Part shown: positions 26,570-35,393 of the stretch, piece after piece
Position numbering within the stretch: the stretch's first letter is position 1
How the letters are laid out: every line of letters begins with the position of its first letter
Virus record (IMG/VR): IMGVR_UViG_3300015371_000007
Span: 1 to 64,000 of that record
DNA: 64,000 nucleotides
Source of the DNA: a virus
Reading direction: 5' to 3' (one strand)
The notes under the pieces: model-generated
Told to the model about the DNA's origin: nothing
The model's database searches: none
The model's input: only the letters and a program-made list of their open reading frames with translations
Translations under genes and position numbers: made by a program

Positions 26570-26815
26570 ATGACTGAGACAACCCCTCGCCGCCTGCTCG
26601 CCGTGTGGACGCACGCCGACGGCCGGCGCATTCACGTCTTCACCGACTGCAAGGTCCGGTACCTCGCCGGCTCGCGGCCGAGCATGACCCGGCCCGGTTC
26701 GATGGGCGATGAGTGGCCGGTGCTCTGGCGGCGCGACGTGCCGAACCTGACGGACGCGGAGTGGACCGCCCGTCCCGTCGAGGACGGTTGGACATCCGGC
26801 GAGGTGGCGCAGTGA
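26570..26815 (+). CDS. Hypothetical protein
   Basis: GAGGTGA RBS. Confidence 0.55.
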   Translation: MTETTPRRLLAVWTHADGRRIHVFTDCKVRYLAGSRPSMTRPGSMGDEWPVLWRRDVPNLTDAEWTARPVEDGWTSGEVAQ

Positions 26816-27084
26816 CGCCGCGCTGCACGCTCTGCGGCGGCAACGCGGGGCAGCTCATCGAGGGAGCGCACGCCCTGTGCTTCGCGCGCGCCGGCCACGG
26901 CCTGCCGACGCCGAGTCTTGGCGAGCGGTGCGCCCTCTGCCACGGCAGCGGCACGACCGGGCGCGGTGGCGTGATGCTGGACCTCGGCCTCGGGCCGGCG
27001 ACCATCGCGCGCAGCCTCGCGGCGCAGTTCCCGCCGTGCGCCGTCTGCGAGGGGCGCGGCTACACCGGGGGGACCGGACGATGA
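26812..27084 (+). CDS. CxxCxGxG zinc-motif protein
   Basis: CTLCGG, CALCHGSG, CAVCEGRG. Confidence 0.55.
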   Translation: MTPRCTLCGGNAGQLIEGAHALCFARAGHGLPTPSLGERCALCHGSGTTGRGGVMLDLGLGPATIARSLAAQFPPCAVCEGRGYTGGTGR

Positions 27085-27248
27085 CGCTCGCGGACCTCGT
27101 GCGGATTCGCGCGGCGGAAGAACTGGCGGACGCCGGCTCGCGCGACGGCGCGGTGGCAGCGGTCGAGCGGCAGATCGCGTCACCGGAGTCGCTGCGGTCT
27201 GAACGGCGCTTTCTGCGGCTGGTGCTGGCCGCACTGACAGGAGCCTGA
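27081..27248 (+). CDS. Small hypothetical protein
   Basis: ATGA coupling. Confidence 0.45.
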   Translation: MTLADLVRIRAAEELADAGSRDGAVAAVERQIASPESLRSERRFLRLVLAALTGA

Positions 27249-27250
27249 GC

Positions 27251-27472
27251 ATGGACCCCAACGCCAACCTGGCCGAACAGGACCGGATCCTCCGCGCGCG
27301 CCTGCCGGGGGAGCGCACCGACGCCGGCCGGCTCGCCGAGCTGCGCGCGGCGCTCGCCGGCTGGCTGCACCGGGGCGGCTTCCAGCCTGACTGGTCGGCC
27401 TGCCCGACCGCCGCGCGGCACTGGCGGCACGTCCGGGCCTCGCTCGACCGCCGCGCCGCCGGCCGCATTTGA
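27251..27472 (+). CDS. Small phage protein (MDPNANL...WLHRGGFQP)
   Basis: AGGAG RBS; recognisable MDPNA...GGFxP pattern. Confidence 0.6.
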   Translation: MDPNANLAEQDRILRARLPGERTDAGRLAELRAALAGWLHRGGFQPDWSACPTAARHWRHVRASLDRRAAGRI

Positions 27473-27498
27473 CTTTACTAGTAAAGCGGGTGTAAGCT
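27469..27498 (+). promoter_or_regulatory. Promoter of the mom-like gene with a CTTTACTAGTAAAG operator
   Basis: TTGACT-N18-TAAGCT; palindrome 27473-27486 identical to the core of the 23448 site; start codon 7 nt after the -10 (leaderless). Confidence 0.75.
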
Positions 27499-27505
27499 CC
27501 GAGCC

Positions 27506-28303
27506 GTGAGTTTACACCCCGTCCAACGCTGGCGCGACCGACGCGACAGCTACCGCCGGCCCGACGAACAGATCGCGGCGCACCAGTTCGAGGTGGCCGA
27601 GCTGCCCGACGACACCACGCCCAAGGGCTTCATCCTCCAGCATCACTACAGCGGCAGCTACCCGGCGGCGCGGGTGCGCTTCGGGCTGTACCGCGGGCCG
27701 GCGCTGGTCGGTGTCGCGGTGTTCTCGGTCCCGATGCAGACCAAGGTCCTCACCTCGGTCTTTCCCGGCGACCCGGACGCCTCGGTGGAGTTGGGGCGCT
27801 TCGTCCTCGTGGACGACGTGCCGGGGAATGGAGAGACATGGTTCCTCGCGCGGTGCTTCGCCGGCCTGCGCGCGAAGGGGCTGCGCGGCGTCGTCAGCTT
27901 CTCGGACCCGCTGCCTCGGGCGAGCGCGGACGGACGAACGGTCTTCGCCGGCCACCTCGGCATCATCTACCAGGCGCACAACGGCCGGTACTTGGGACGC
28001 GCCACCGCGCGGACGCTCGACCTCTTGCCCGATGGCCGGGTGTTCTCGGCGCGCGCCCGTCAGAAGGTCCTCGGCGGGGAACGGGGCTGGGTGTACGCGG
28101 CCGCGCAGCTCGAAGCGTTCGGCGCACCGGCTTGCCCCTCGGACCCCGACGCCCGCGCCGCGTGGCTCAAGGCGGCGCTCGCGCGCTACAGCCGCAGCGT
28201 GCGCCATCCGGGCAACCATCGGTATGCGTGGGCGCTGCACGCGAAGGCCGGCATGGTCGGCACGCCCCAGCCTTACCCGAAGTCTCCCGTCCGCCTGTTC
28301 TGA
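27506..28303 (+). CDS. mom: Mom-family (GNAT-fold) DNA adenine modification enzyme
   Basis: FILQHHYSGS, LVGVAVFS, VELGRFVLVDDVPGNGETWFL, VVSFSDP, GHLGIIYQAHN. Confidence 0.85.
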   Translation: MSLHPVQRWRDRRDSYRRPDEQIAAHQFEVAELPDDTTPKGFILQHHYSGSYPAARVRFGLYRGPALVGVAVFSVPMQTKVLTSVFPGDPDASVELGRFVLVDDVPGNGETWFLARCFAGLRAKGLRGVVSFSDPLPRASADGRTVFAGHLGIIYQAHNGRYLGRATARTLDLLPDGRVFSARARQKVLGGERGWVYAAAQLEAFGAPACPSDPDARAAWLKAALARYSRSVRHPGNHRYAWALHAKAGMVGTPQPYPKSPVRLF

Positions 28304-28325
28304 TACACTGCCCGCTGAGGCACCG

Positions 28326-28430
28326 ATGGATCTGTTCTGGCAACTCCCTCTAACCGTCGTCGTCGTCGTGCCGGCGCTGCTCGCGCTCGTGGCGCTCGCG
28401 GATGCGGTGTCGCCGCGCCGCCGGCCCTGA
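28326..28430 (+). CDS. Tiny single-TM protein
   Basis: MDLFWQLPLTVVVVVPALLALVALA; GAGG RBS. Confidence 0.45.
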   Translation: MDLFWQLPLTVVVVVPALLALVALADAVSPRRRP

Positions 28431-28487
28431 CCTCAGCCGATTTGCACTAACCTCGCGCGCGCGCTAGACTTAGCTCGCACTCTGCCC

Positions 28488-28970
28488 ATGCAGCTCGACC
28501 ACGGTTCGCGGCGCACGTACGCCCACGGCTGCCGCTGCACGCTCTGCCGCGCCGCCAACGCCGCGTATGTCGCCGCCCAGCGCCAGACCCCGACCGGCCT
28601 GACCGACGCCGGCCCCGCGCGTGCCCACCTGGCCGCACTGCAACGCGCCGGCCTCGGGACGCGCCAGCTCGCCGCCCTCGCGCCCGCCAGCCGCGCGACC
28701 ATCGCCGCCGTCCTCGCCGGCACCGTCACGACCGTCCGCCCCGACACCGCCGCCCGCCTGCTCGCCGTCCGTCCCGTCCTCGCCCTCGGCGCGCACGTCG
28801 CCGGCACCAAGACTCACCGCTTCCTCGACAGCTTGCACCGCGAAGGCTTCACCGGCCGAGAACTCGCGTTTCGCCTCGGCTCCCTCGCGCAGCAACTCCA
28901 ACTCCACCCCCGCGTCACCGCGCGCACCGCCCTCCGAGTCGCCGCCCTCTACCGCCACCTCGCCGACTAG
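28488..28970 (+). CDS. Zn-binding/HTH DNA-binding protein
   Basis: HGSRRTYAHGCRCTLCRAANAAY followed by HTH-like segments. Confidence 0.7.
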   Translation: MQLDHGSRRTYAHGCRCTLCRAANAAYVAAQRQTPTGLTDAGPARAHLAALQRAGLGTRQLAALAPASRATIAAVLAGTVTTVRPDTAARLLAVRPVLALGAHVAGTKTHRFLDSLHREGFTGRELAFRLGSLAQQLQLHPRVTARTALRVAALYRHLAD

Positions 28971-29193
28971 ACCCACCCAACCGCGCCGACGACGCCCCAC
29001 AAAAACCTCGAGGTACGCCCCTGCGTAGGGGAAACACGACCGCCGCGATTCGGCCGGCCCCCTCGCGCCGCTGCGCCGCGCCGACGACCGCCGAGTAGAC
29101 GGCGACCGCCGCAGCCGTCCATCATCGTGATAGGCCCGCCGACGATGCGCTGGATTCGCACGCCTGCGGATAACTTGGCAGGAGACTGCACCG

Positions 29194-29769
29194 ATGCCGC
29201 GCTACCAGCTCACACCACCGCCCAAGGGCACGCGCCTCCCAGGCGCCGGCCGGAAGAAGGGGACGCCCAATAAAATCAGCGTCGAGGTGCGCCGGCTCGT
29301 GTCCGACCTGATGACCGATGCCGACTATCAGCGCCGGCTGCGCGCCGACTTCCGGCAGCGCCGGGTGCATCCGACCATCGAGGCACTGATCTGGACGTAC
29401 CACCTCGGCAAGCCGAAGCAACAGATCGAGCTGAGCGGCAGTGTGGACGTGACGGCCCGCATGGAGGCGGAGCGCGCCGCCTTCGCCTCGCTCGACCTGG
29501 CCGACCTTGAACAGCTCGCCGCCGAGTCTCAGGCGCTCGTGGACCGCGCGATGGCGCTCTCCAAGATCCGGCAAACACCACAAGATGTAGTAGTTGCCGG
29601 CTACTTACCCGAAGTTAGTGGGGAATCATTGGGGAATCGGGCTGGTTCTGATAACCCCGATTATGTCGTCCATTCTGCTGAGCCAGAAGAATGTGCGCCA
29701 ACCCACGAGGATGCAACGGGTGCGGGCGATCTCCCCGAGCAGGGCGACGACCCTGACGTTACCACGTAA
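29194..29769 (+). CDS. terS: Terminase small subunit (putative)
   Basis: GAGRKKGTPNK motif, GKPKQQIELSG; upstream of terL. Confidence 0.65.
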   Translation: MPRYQLTPPPKGTRLPGAGRKKGTPNKISVEVRRLVSDLMTDADYQRRLRADFRQRRVHPTIEALIWTYHLGKPKQQIELSGSVDVTARMEAERAAFASLDLADLEQLAAESQALVDRAMALSKIRQTPQDVVVAGYLPEVSGESLGNRAGSDNPDYVVHSAEPEECAPTHEDATGAGDLPEQGDDPDVTT

Positions 29770-30116
29770 CGCACGACGCGACGACGACGCGATGATGATG
29801 ACGCCGGCCGGCTGACCGGCCTGCCTTCGACCATCGACGACGACGCGCGCGCGACGACGACGAACGGATCGACCCCCCCCGCCCCCTCCCCCCACCGGCC
29901 TGCCGGTCACGAACCTGATCGCCCCGCCCCCCGCCGGGGGCTCTCCGGTACCTCTCGCGTCCGCGAACGGGGTCCTCTTTTTCGGGCTCGCTCGGGCGAG
30001 TCTCCCGCCGGTGGGCGATCGAGCCTTTTCCTAGGGATTTCGAGGATGGGGGGTGGCGGGGGTGATCCCGGAAATGGGGCCCCTTTCGGGTCCGGCGGGG
30101 CACGGGACTCCGGGGC

Positions 30117-30199
30117 GTAACGGCGGATGTAACGGCCACGGCGTTACGCGGTGTCACGTAACGGCGTTCGGTAACGGCTGCGGTGTCACGGGGCGTTAC
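30117..30199. repeat. Second GTAACGGC iteron-like cluster
   Basis: GTAACGGC at 30117, 30129, 30158, 30171; GCGTTAC at 30141, 30193; GCGGTGTCACG twice. Confidence 0.75.
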
Positions 30200-30221
30200 C
30201 GACGGGAGGAAGGTGACAGGT

Positions 30222-30440
30222 ATGAACGCGACCGTCGGGCGGGTGGTGCATTACGTCGAGCCGGTGACGCGGGAGCATCGCGCGGCGATCGTGACGGGGC
30301 TGCTGCGGGCGCGCGGGGGCGAAGGGGCGGTGGCGCTGCGCGTGTTCGGGATCGACGACACGTGGGCGGTGCCCGACGCGGTGGAGGAGCCGACCGGCAC
30401 CTGGCCGGGGACGTGGCACTGGCCGGAGCGCGACGCGTGA
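30222..30440 (+). CDS. Phage hypothetical protein (TVGRVVHY...AAIVT...WHWPER)
   Basis: Recognisable small phage family pattern; strong RBS. Confidence 0.7.
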   Translation: MNATVGRVVHYVEPVTREHRAAIVTGLLRARGGEGAVALRVFGIDDTWAVPDAVEEPTGTWPGTWHWPERDA

Positions 30441-30751
30441 ACCGGCGCGCGTTTCTCGCGCTGGCGGCGGCGAGTGCGGCGGGGTTTGCGCTGGACCCGG
30501 AACGGGCGTTGTGGGTGCCGGGCGCGAAGACGATCTTCCTGCCGCCGGAGCGGACGGTGGTGGCGGCGGGGGTCGGCGACATCGAGGCGTTCATCGCGGG
30601 CGTGGGCGCGCCGTTTGTCACCGACGGCGTGTGGCGCGGGGCCAAGCCGCTGGCGGAGGCGATGCGCTGGGTGAGTGATGCCGAGCACGCGCTGCTGGTC
30701 GCGCGCGGGCGACGGGCGATCGCGGAGCGCACGTGCAAGAGGAACCGATGA
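30437..30751 (+). CDS. Twin-arginine (Tat) signal-like protein
   Basis: MNRRAFLALAAASAAGFALDPERALWVPGAKTIFLP. Confidence 0.65.
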   Translation: MNRRAFLALAAASAAGFALDPERALWVPGAKTIFLPPERTVVAAGVGDIEAFIAGVGAPFVTDGVWRGAKPLAEAMRWVSDAEHALLVARGRRAIAERTCKRNR

Positions 30752-30957
30752 CGCCGGACGCCCTGACGTTTGTCGTGTCGGGCGACGACCGCGAGCGGGT
30801 GGCGTGGTGGGCGGCGCGGCACACGTGCCGAGCGGAACCGGATTTCGCGGGCGGGCGGCTGACGTATGCGTTCACGCCGAGTGGCATTGGGCCGTCGGTG
30901 CGGGTGCAGTGTGCGTGTGGGGCCGCGCTGGATCTGACGCGGGTGGACACGTGGTGA
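30748..30957 (+). CDS. Hypothetical protein
   Basis: LTYAFTPSGIG...CACG...DLT. Confidence 0.65.
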   Translation: MTPDALTFVVSGDDRERVAWWAARHTCRAEPDFAGGRLTYAFTPSGIGPSVRVQCACGAALDLTRVDTW

Positions 30958-31217
30958 CGCCCGCGGCGATGACGCACGAGGAGCTGGACGTCTACATCGC
31001 GGCGATCGCGACGGTGTTGCACGCGACGCTGACCGAAGAGGTGAAGGCGTCGCTCACGATCTTCGGCGGCGCGTTCGCGGCGATTCCCCGGATCGAGGAC
31101 CGCGTCTGGTTTACGCACCGCGTGGTCACGGCGATCCACGACGTCTTAGGCGCGGTCGACGTCGTCGCGTTGATGGAGGTCAAGGTCATCGCGGATGCGC
31201 CGGACCGGGTGCAGTGA
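30954..31217 (+). CDS. Hypothetical protein
   Basis: GTGA coupling. Confidence 0.5.
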   Translation: MTPAAMTHEELDVYIAAIATVLHATLTEEVKASLTIFGGAFAAIPRIEDRVWFTHRVVTAIHDVLGAVDVVALMEVKVIADAPDRVQ

Positions 31218-31300
31218 TGCTCGGCTGGCTGGCGGTGGTCTTGTGGATCGCGCTGCTCCTAATTCTGGCCTATCGCGGGGGGCATAAGTGAGGCGCCTAT

Positions 31301-31501
31301 GTGGGGAGAAGCCAGGTCACGGATCGCGTCGTGGCGGCGCTGAGGCTCTATCAGCGGCTCTACGTCGGCGATGAGGCCATCCCGGTGTCGCGCCGCAAAG
31401 CGCTGCGACGGCGGCTCGACGAGGTGCTGAAGGCGATGGAGGTCGACGAGAGCGCGGCCTACTACTACGGCGTGCGAAGTCTCCGGCGCGAGTTGGACTG
31501 A
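31301..31501 (+). CDS. Hypothetical protein
   Basis: 66 aa, TGATG coupling. Confidence 0.5.
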   Translation: MGRSQVTDRVVAALRLYQRLYVGDEAIPVSRRKALRRRLDEVLKAMEVDESAAYYYGVRSLRRELD

Positions 31502-31923
31502 TGCCGAAGAAGCAGACCCCCGAGCCGGCGTGGAGCGACACGCCCACCCCCGCGCAAGTGCGGATGCTGGCGCAGCAGCGCTTCCTCGCGGAGCGCTCGC
31601 GTCCGGCGGAGCCCTTGCCGCTGCCAGGGCAGCGCCTCGCCCCGCCGACGCCCGATGCGCTGGCGAACACGGCAGAGGCCGAGCAGTACGGCGCCCCCTC
31701 GCCGTGGATGGTCGGACGCCCGCGTCCCTCGCGCACGCCGACGATGGGGCCGTCCAAGCGCACGCCGGCCGCGACGATCTATGACGCGTGGCAGATGGTG
31801 AAAGACCAGCCCGTCATGCGGCTGCTCGGCGCCGGCAAGGACCTCATGGACTACAGCGACCAGCGGTTGTGGGCGGCGTTTGAGTATCCGGGCGACCAAG
31901 TCGCCAAGTGGTTCGGCAAGTGA
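31501..31923 (+). CDS. Pro-rich hypothetical protein
   Basis: 140 aa, coupled to terL. Confidence 0.55.
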   Translation: MPKKQTPEPAWSDTPTPAQVRMLAQQRFLAERSRPAEPLPLPGQRLAPPTPDALANTAEAEQYGAPSPWMVGRPRPSRTPTMGPSKRTPAATIYDAWQMVKDQPVMRLLGAGKDLMDYSDQRLWAAFEYPGDQVAKWFGK

Positions 31924-33656
31924 TGACCGATCCGTTCCTCGCTGATCTTGTGCGGCGCAACGAAGACCTGCAGGCGGTGCTCGCCGAAGCGCGCGGCTGG
32001 AAGATCACGCGCTACTTCCACGACTGCCTCCCCGGCTGCGACCCGACGTCGCTCGATCCCGCCGACCACCTCCCGCGCAAACCGGACCAAGGCCCGACCT
32101 GTCGCGTGCTCTACCGCAAGGCGGTGCGCTGGCTCCGAGCCGGCGCGGCGTATCCGGAGCGCGGCTTCATCGCGGCGAACCGCATCGGCAAGACCGACAC
32201 CGCGGCGTACGAGATCACGTGTCATCTCACGGGCCGCTACCCGGCGTGGTGGGAAGGCAAGCGCTGGGACCGCCCGACGGATTGGCGCGCGGCCGGCGAC
32301 ACGATGCTCACCACGCGCGACATTCTGCAGAAGGCGCTGCTCGGGCCGCACGAAGGCGTGCCGGTGAACGAGTGGACCGGGATGATCCCTCCGCGGCTCG
32401 TGCTCGACGTCACGCGCAAGAGCGGCGGCATCACCAACTGCATCGACACCGTGCACGTGCGCCACGTCTCGGGCGGGGTCTCGCGGTTGTCCTTCCTGTC
32501 GTACGACATGGGACGCCGCGTCTTCCAGGGCTTCGACTGCGACGGGTTCTGGATTGACGAGGAGCCGCCTGACCCCGCCGAGCGCTCCGAGGCGTTGGCC
32601 GCGGGCTCGACCGACATCTACGGCGAGTGCCTGCTCCGCACGATGACGACCGACGGGATCGTGCTGGCGACGTTCACGCCGCTGCGCGGCTGGACCCCGT
32701 TCATGCGCGCCTACTTCGCGGCCGCGCTGATGCCGGGCACCGAAGACGACGAGGTCGACGTGCCGGCGACCGCCGCGATGGCCTCGACGCCGGAAGGGCG
32801 CGCCGCGGAAGCGGACGAAGAGGGCTTCGCCGTCAAGTCCGACCGCGTCGCCCAGGTCGCCGAGGTCAATCCCTACGCGAACGTGCGGCCGCGGTTCATC
32901 ATCGGCGCGACGTGGGATGACGCGCCGCACCTGACCGAGAAGGTCAAGGCGCAGCAGTGGGCGTCGATGCTGCCCTATCAGCGCGCGGCCCGCACCAAGG
33001 GCATTCCCCAGCTCGGGGCCGGCGCGGTCTATCCGATCGACGAGGCGGATCTGAAGGTCAGCGACTTCGTGATTCCCGACCATTGGTGGCGCGGCTTCGG
33101 GATGGACGTGGGCGGCGGCGCCAAAGCGACGGCCGCGGTGTTCTGCGCGCTCAACCCGGAAGACCGCGTGCTCTACGTGACCAGCGTCTACAAGCGCGCG
33201 AGCAATGAGCCGAGTCTCCACGCGGCCGCGATGAAAGAGCGGATGCTCCGGCCGACCGGCTGGTTGTGGCCGGGCGTCGGCGACGCGGCGGCGCTGATCA
33301 TGACCGACCACGACGCCGAGCAGCTGGTCTACGTCTATCGGCGCTTGGGGCTCGACCTGCAGCTGCCCGACAAGGCGGTCGAGACGGGGATCGCGGATCT
33401 GTGGGACCTGATGGTCACCGGGCGCTTCAAGGTGCTGGCGTCGTGCCAGGCGTGGTTCGACGAGTTCCGGATGTACCGCCGCGACAGTCGCGGCCGCGTC
33501 GTCAAGAGCAACGACCACTTGATGGACGCCACGCGCTACGTCGCGCGCACCGGCATCTGGAAGATGAAACGCAAGCCGGCCAAGCCGACCGGCGAGGACA
33601 ACAAGATTCTGCCGTTCGACCGCAACAGCGTGTCGCTCGGCTGGATGGGCGGATGA
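31923..33656 (+). CDS. terL: Terminase large subunit (P22-like)
   Basis: Walker A AANRIGKT, Walker B FWIDEEPP, TFTPLRG, nuclease GMDVG...DHLMDATRY. Confidence 0.95.
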   Translation: MTDPFLADLVRRNEDLQAVLAEARGWKITRYFHDCLPGCDPTSLDPADHLPRKPDQGPTCRVLYRKAVRWLRAGAAYPERGFIAANRIGKTDTAAYEITCHLTGRYPAWWEGKRWDRPTDWRAAGDTMLTTRDILQKALLGPHEGVPVNEWTGMIPPRLVLDVTRKSGGITNCIDTVHVRHVSGGVSRLSFLSYDMGRRVFQGFDCDGFWIDEEPPDPAERSEALAAGSTDIYGECLLRTMTTDGIVLATFTPLRGWTPFMRAYFAAALMPGTEDDEVDVPATAAMASTPEGRAAEADEEGFAVKSDRVAQVAEVNPYANVRPRFIIGATWDDAPHLTEKVKAQQWASMLPYQRAARTKGIPQLGAGAVYPIDEADLKVSDFVIPDHWWRGFGMDVGGGAKATAAVFCALNPEDRVLYVTSVYKRASNEPSLHAAAMKERMLRPTGWLWPGVGDAAALIMTDHDAEQLVYVYRRLGLDLQLPDKAVETGIADLWDLMVTGRFKVLASCQAWFDEFRMYRRDSRGRVVKSNDHLMDATRYVARTGIWKMKRKPAKPTGEDNKILPFDRNSVSLGWMGG

Positions 33657-33856
33657 TCGGGCGCTGGACCTGCCCGCAGTGTCTCGGGCGGGGCGACGAC
33701 TGCTGTCAGTGCCACGGGCGCGGCACGTTGCCGACGGAGGGACGGTTGATCGCGGCGGTCGCCTACGTCTGGCGCCGCGATGACTGCGCGGCGTGTCGCG
33801 CAATCCCGTGGCGCGGCGACAGCCCGATCCGCAAGGTGGAGAGGATCTGGCGATGA
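33653..33856 (+). CDS. Small Cys-rich protein
   Basis: CPQCLGRG...CCQCHGRG. Confidence 0.5.
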   Translation: MIGRWTCPQCLGRGDDCCQCHGRGTLPTEGRLIAAVAYVWRRDDCAACRAIPWRGDSPIRKVERIWR

Positions 33857-34008
33857 CGATCACGAAGACGTTCGTGAAGTGGTTCGAGGGCGAGCAGCGC
33901 ACCTACGGGACGGCGATCGCGCTGAAGAACCTGCTCTGGCTCAAGGCGGCGGCGGATCTCAAGGCGATCGGCGTGCGCAAGCTGACGACCGTCTATCGGC
34001 GGCGGTAA
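33853..34008 (+). CDS. Small hypothetical protein
   Basis: GAGGA RBS; coupled. Confidence 0.5.
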   Translation: MTITKTFVKWFEGEQRTYGTAIALKNLLWLKAAADLKAIGVRKLTTVYRRR

Positions 34009-34193
34009 TGGCCGCGCGGCCGGTCTGGAAAATCGAGGCCCGCACGGGCGACCGCGACCCGCACCCGGAGTGGCTGGAGCTGCGCGGCTACGGACGGCGC
34101 TATCAGTACGTCGAGCGCGAGGAGGCCGAGAAGATGCTCGCCAAACTCCAGCGCACGCAACCCCAGGCGGAGTTCCGGATCGCCCCGCTCTAG
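34008..34193 (+). CDS. Small hypothetical protein
   Basis: TAATG coupling. Confidence 0.5.
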   Translation: MAARPVWKIEARTGDRDPHPEWLELRGYGRRYQYVEREEAEKMLAKLQRTQPQAEFRIAPL

Positions 34194-34207
34194 GAAAGGA
34201 CGCCAGC

Positions 34208-34432
34208 ATGGCAGCGGAGATTTTGGTCGGCGAAGCCGCGCGGATTCTGAACTGCTCGACCAACCACGTGCGGTACCTCGAACGCACCGGCCAGGTGCGG
34301 GCCCGCCGGATTGGCAACGTGCGCGTCTTCCTGCGCACCGAAGTGCAGCGGGTGGCCGACGAACGCTACCGCCGCGCCACCGGGCAACCGCACTGGCGGG
34401 GGGAGGACGGATCTCAGGAAGCACCTAGCTGA
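34208..34432 (+). CDS. HTH_17/MerR-like DNA-binding protein
   Basis: ILVGEAARILNCSTNHVRYLERTGQVRARRIGNVRVF. Confidence 0.75.
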   Translation: MAAEILVGEAARILNCSTNHVRYLERTGQVRARRIGNVRVFLRTEVQRVADERYRRATGQPHWRGEDGSQEAPS

Positions 34433-34474
34433 TAGTCGTCGACGGCCCACTACGTCACAAAGAGGAGATTCGGC

Positions 34475-34897
34475 ATGGCTTACGACACGCACGACCTCGC
34501 CGCCGTCGGACACGCGGCCAGCGCCTCACGCGCGCGGACCGATGCGCCCAAAGAGCTGACCGATTTCAGCGTCAAGAAAGGGGACAACGGCGGCGTGCTC
34601 GTCTGCGAGAACTACAAGAGCAAGCAGCCCGAAGGCCGACGCAGCGCCTTCCCGACCACGGGCGACTACAAGGAAAACCCATTCGGCCCCGATGACGGGC
34701 CGAAGGCGACCGCCTACATCGGATCGCTCTTGGCGAAGATGACCGGCGGCGCGATGACCGCGGAGTCGCCCGCCGAAGAAGCCGCCGAGCCGATGGCCCC
34801 GCCGATGCGCCGGCCGATCGGTCCGCCGCCCAATCCCGGCGTCGCCCCCGCGCGACCCGGCGGCATCCAAGGCGTCGGCCCGCGCTCGCTCGCCTGA
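34475..34897 (+). CDS. Hypothetical protein
   Basis: GAGGAG RBS; 140 aa. Confidence 0.65.
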   Translation: MAYDTHDLAAVGHAASASRARTDAPKELTDFSVKKGDNGGVLVCENYKSKQPEGRRSAFPTTGDYKENPFGPDDGPKATAYIGSLLAKMTGGAMTAESPAEEAAEPMAPPMRRPIGPPPNPGVAPARPGGIQGVGPRSLA

Positions 34898-34936
34898 TTC
34901 GCGCCGACAGAAGGGGCTTGCGCACACTGACGCGCG

Positions 34937-35140
34937 ATGGCCCCTTCTGACGACGACGACGTCGCGCAGGTCCAGGCCGATCTCAACACGATTCGGACCC
35001 TCGCCCTGATGATTCGGACCGAGGCGGAGCTGCGCGCGTACCTCGCCGACGTCCCGGACCCGGCGCTGCGGACCGCCGTCGAGACGCTCCTGCGGCAGTT
35101 CACCCTCTTCGAGCCGATCGATGCTGCTGACGCCAGCTGA
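34937..35140 (+). CDS. Hypothetical protein
   Basis: 67 aa. Confidence 0.5.
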   Translation: MAPSDDDDVAQVQADLNTIRTLALMIRTEAELRAYLADVPDPALRTAVETLLRQFTLFEPIDAADAS

Positions 35141-35393
35141 TCTCGCGGAGGCCCGCGTCCGCTTCGACCGGTTGCGCGCGGGATCGGTCAGTCGCGTCGA
35201 CTGGCGCGAGCTGTGCGCCATCACGCTCCTCGCCGAGGGCGACGTCGTCTGCGGCACCATCGTCGCCAATGGCCTCGACCACTTTCTCCGCGTCGCGAAG
35301 GACCAGTACGACGGGCACGCCTTTCGTCGCGATGACCTCGCGGCAATCTATGACCGGCTGCGGACCGCGATCTGTCGCCCGGCAGGCGCCTAA
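35121..35393 (+). CDS. Hypothetical protein
   Basis: 90 aa, abuts the portal gene. Confidence 0.5.
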   Translation: MLLTPADLAEARVRFDRLRAGSVSRVDWRELCAITLLAEGDVVCGTIVANGLDHFLRVAKDQYDGHAFRRDDLAAIYDRLRTAICRPAGA

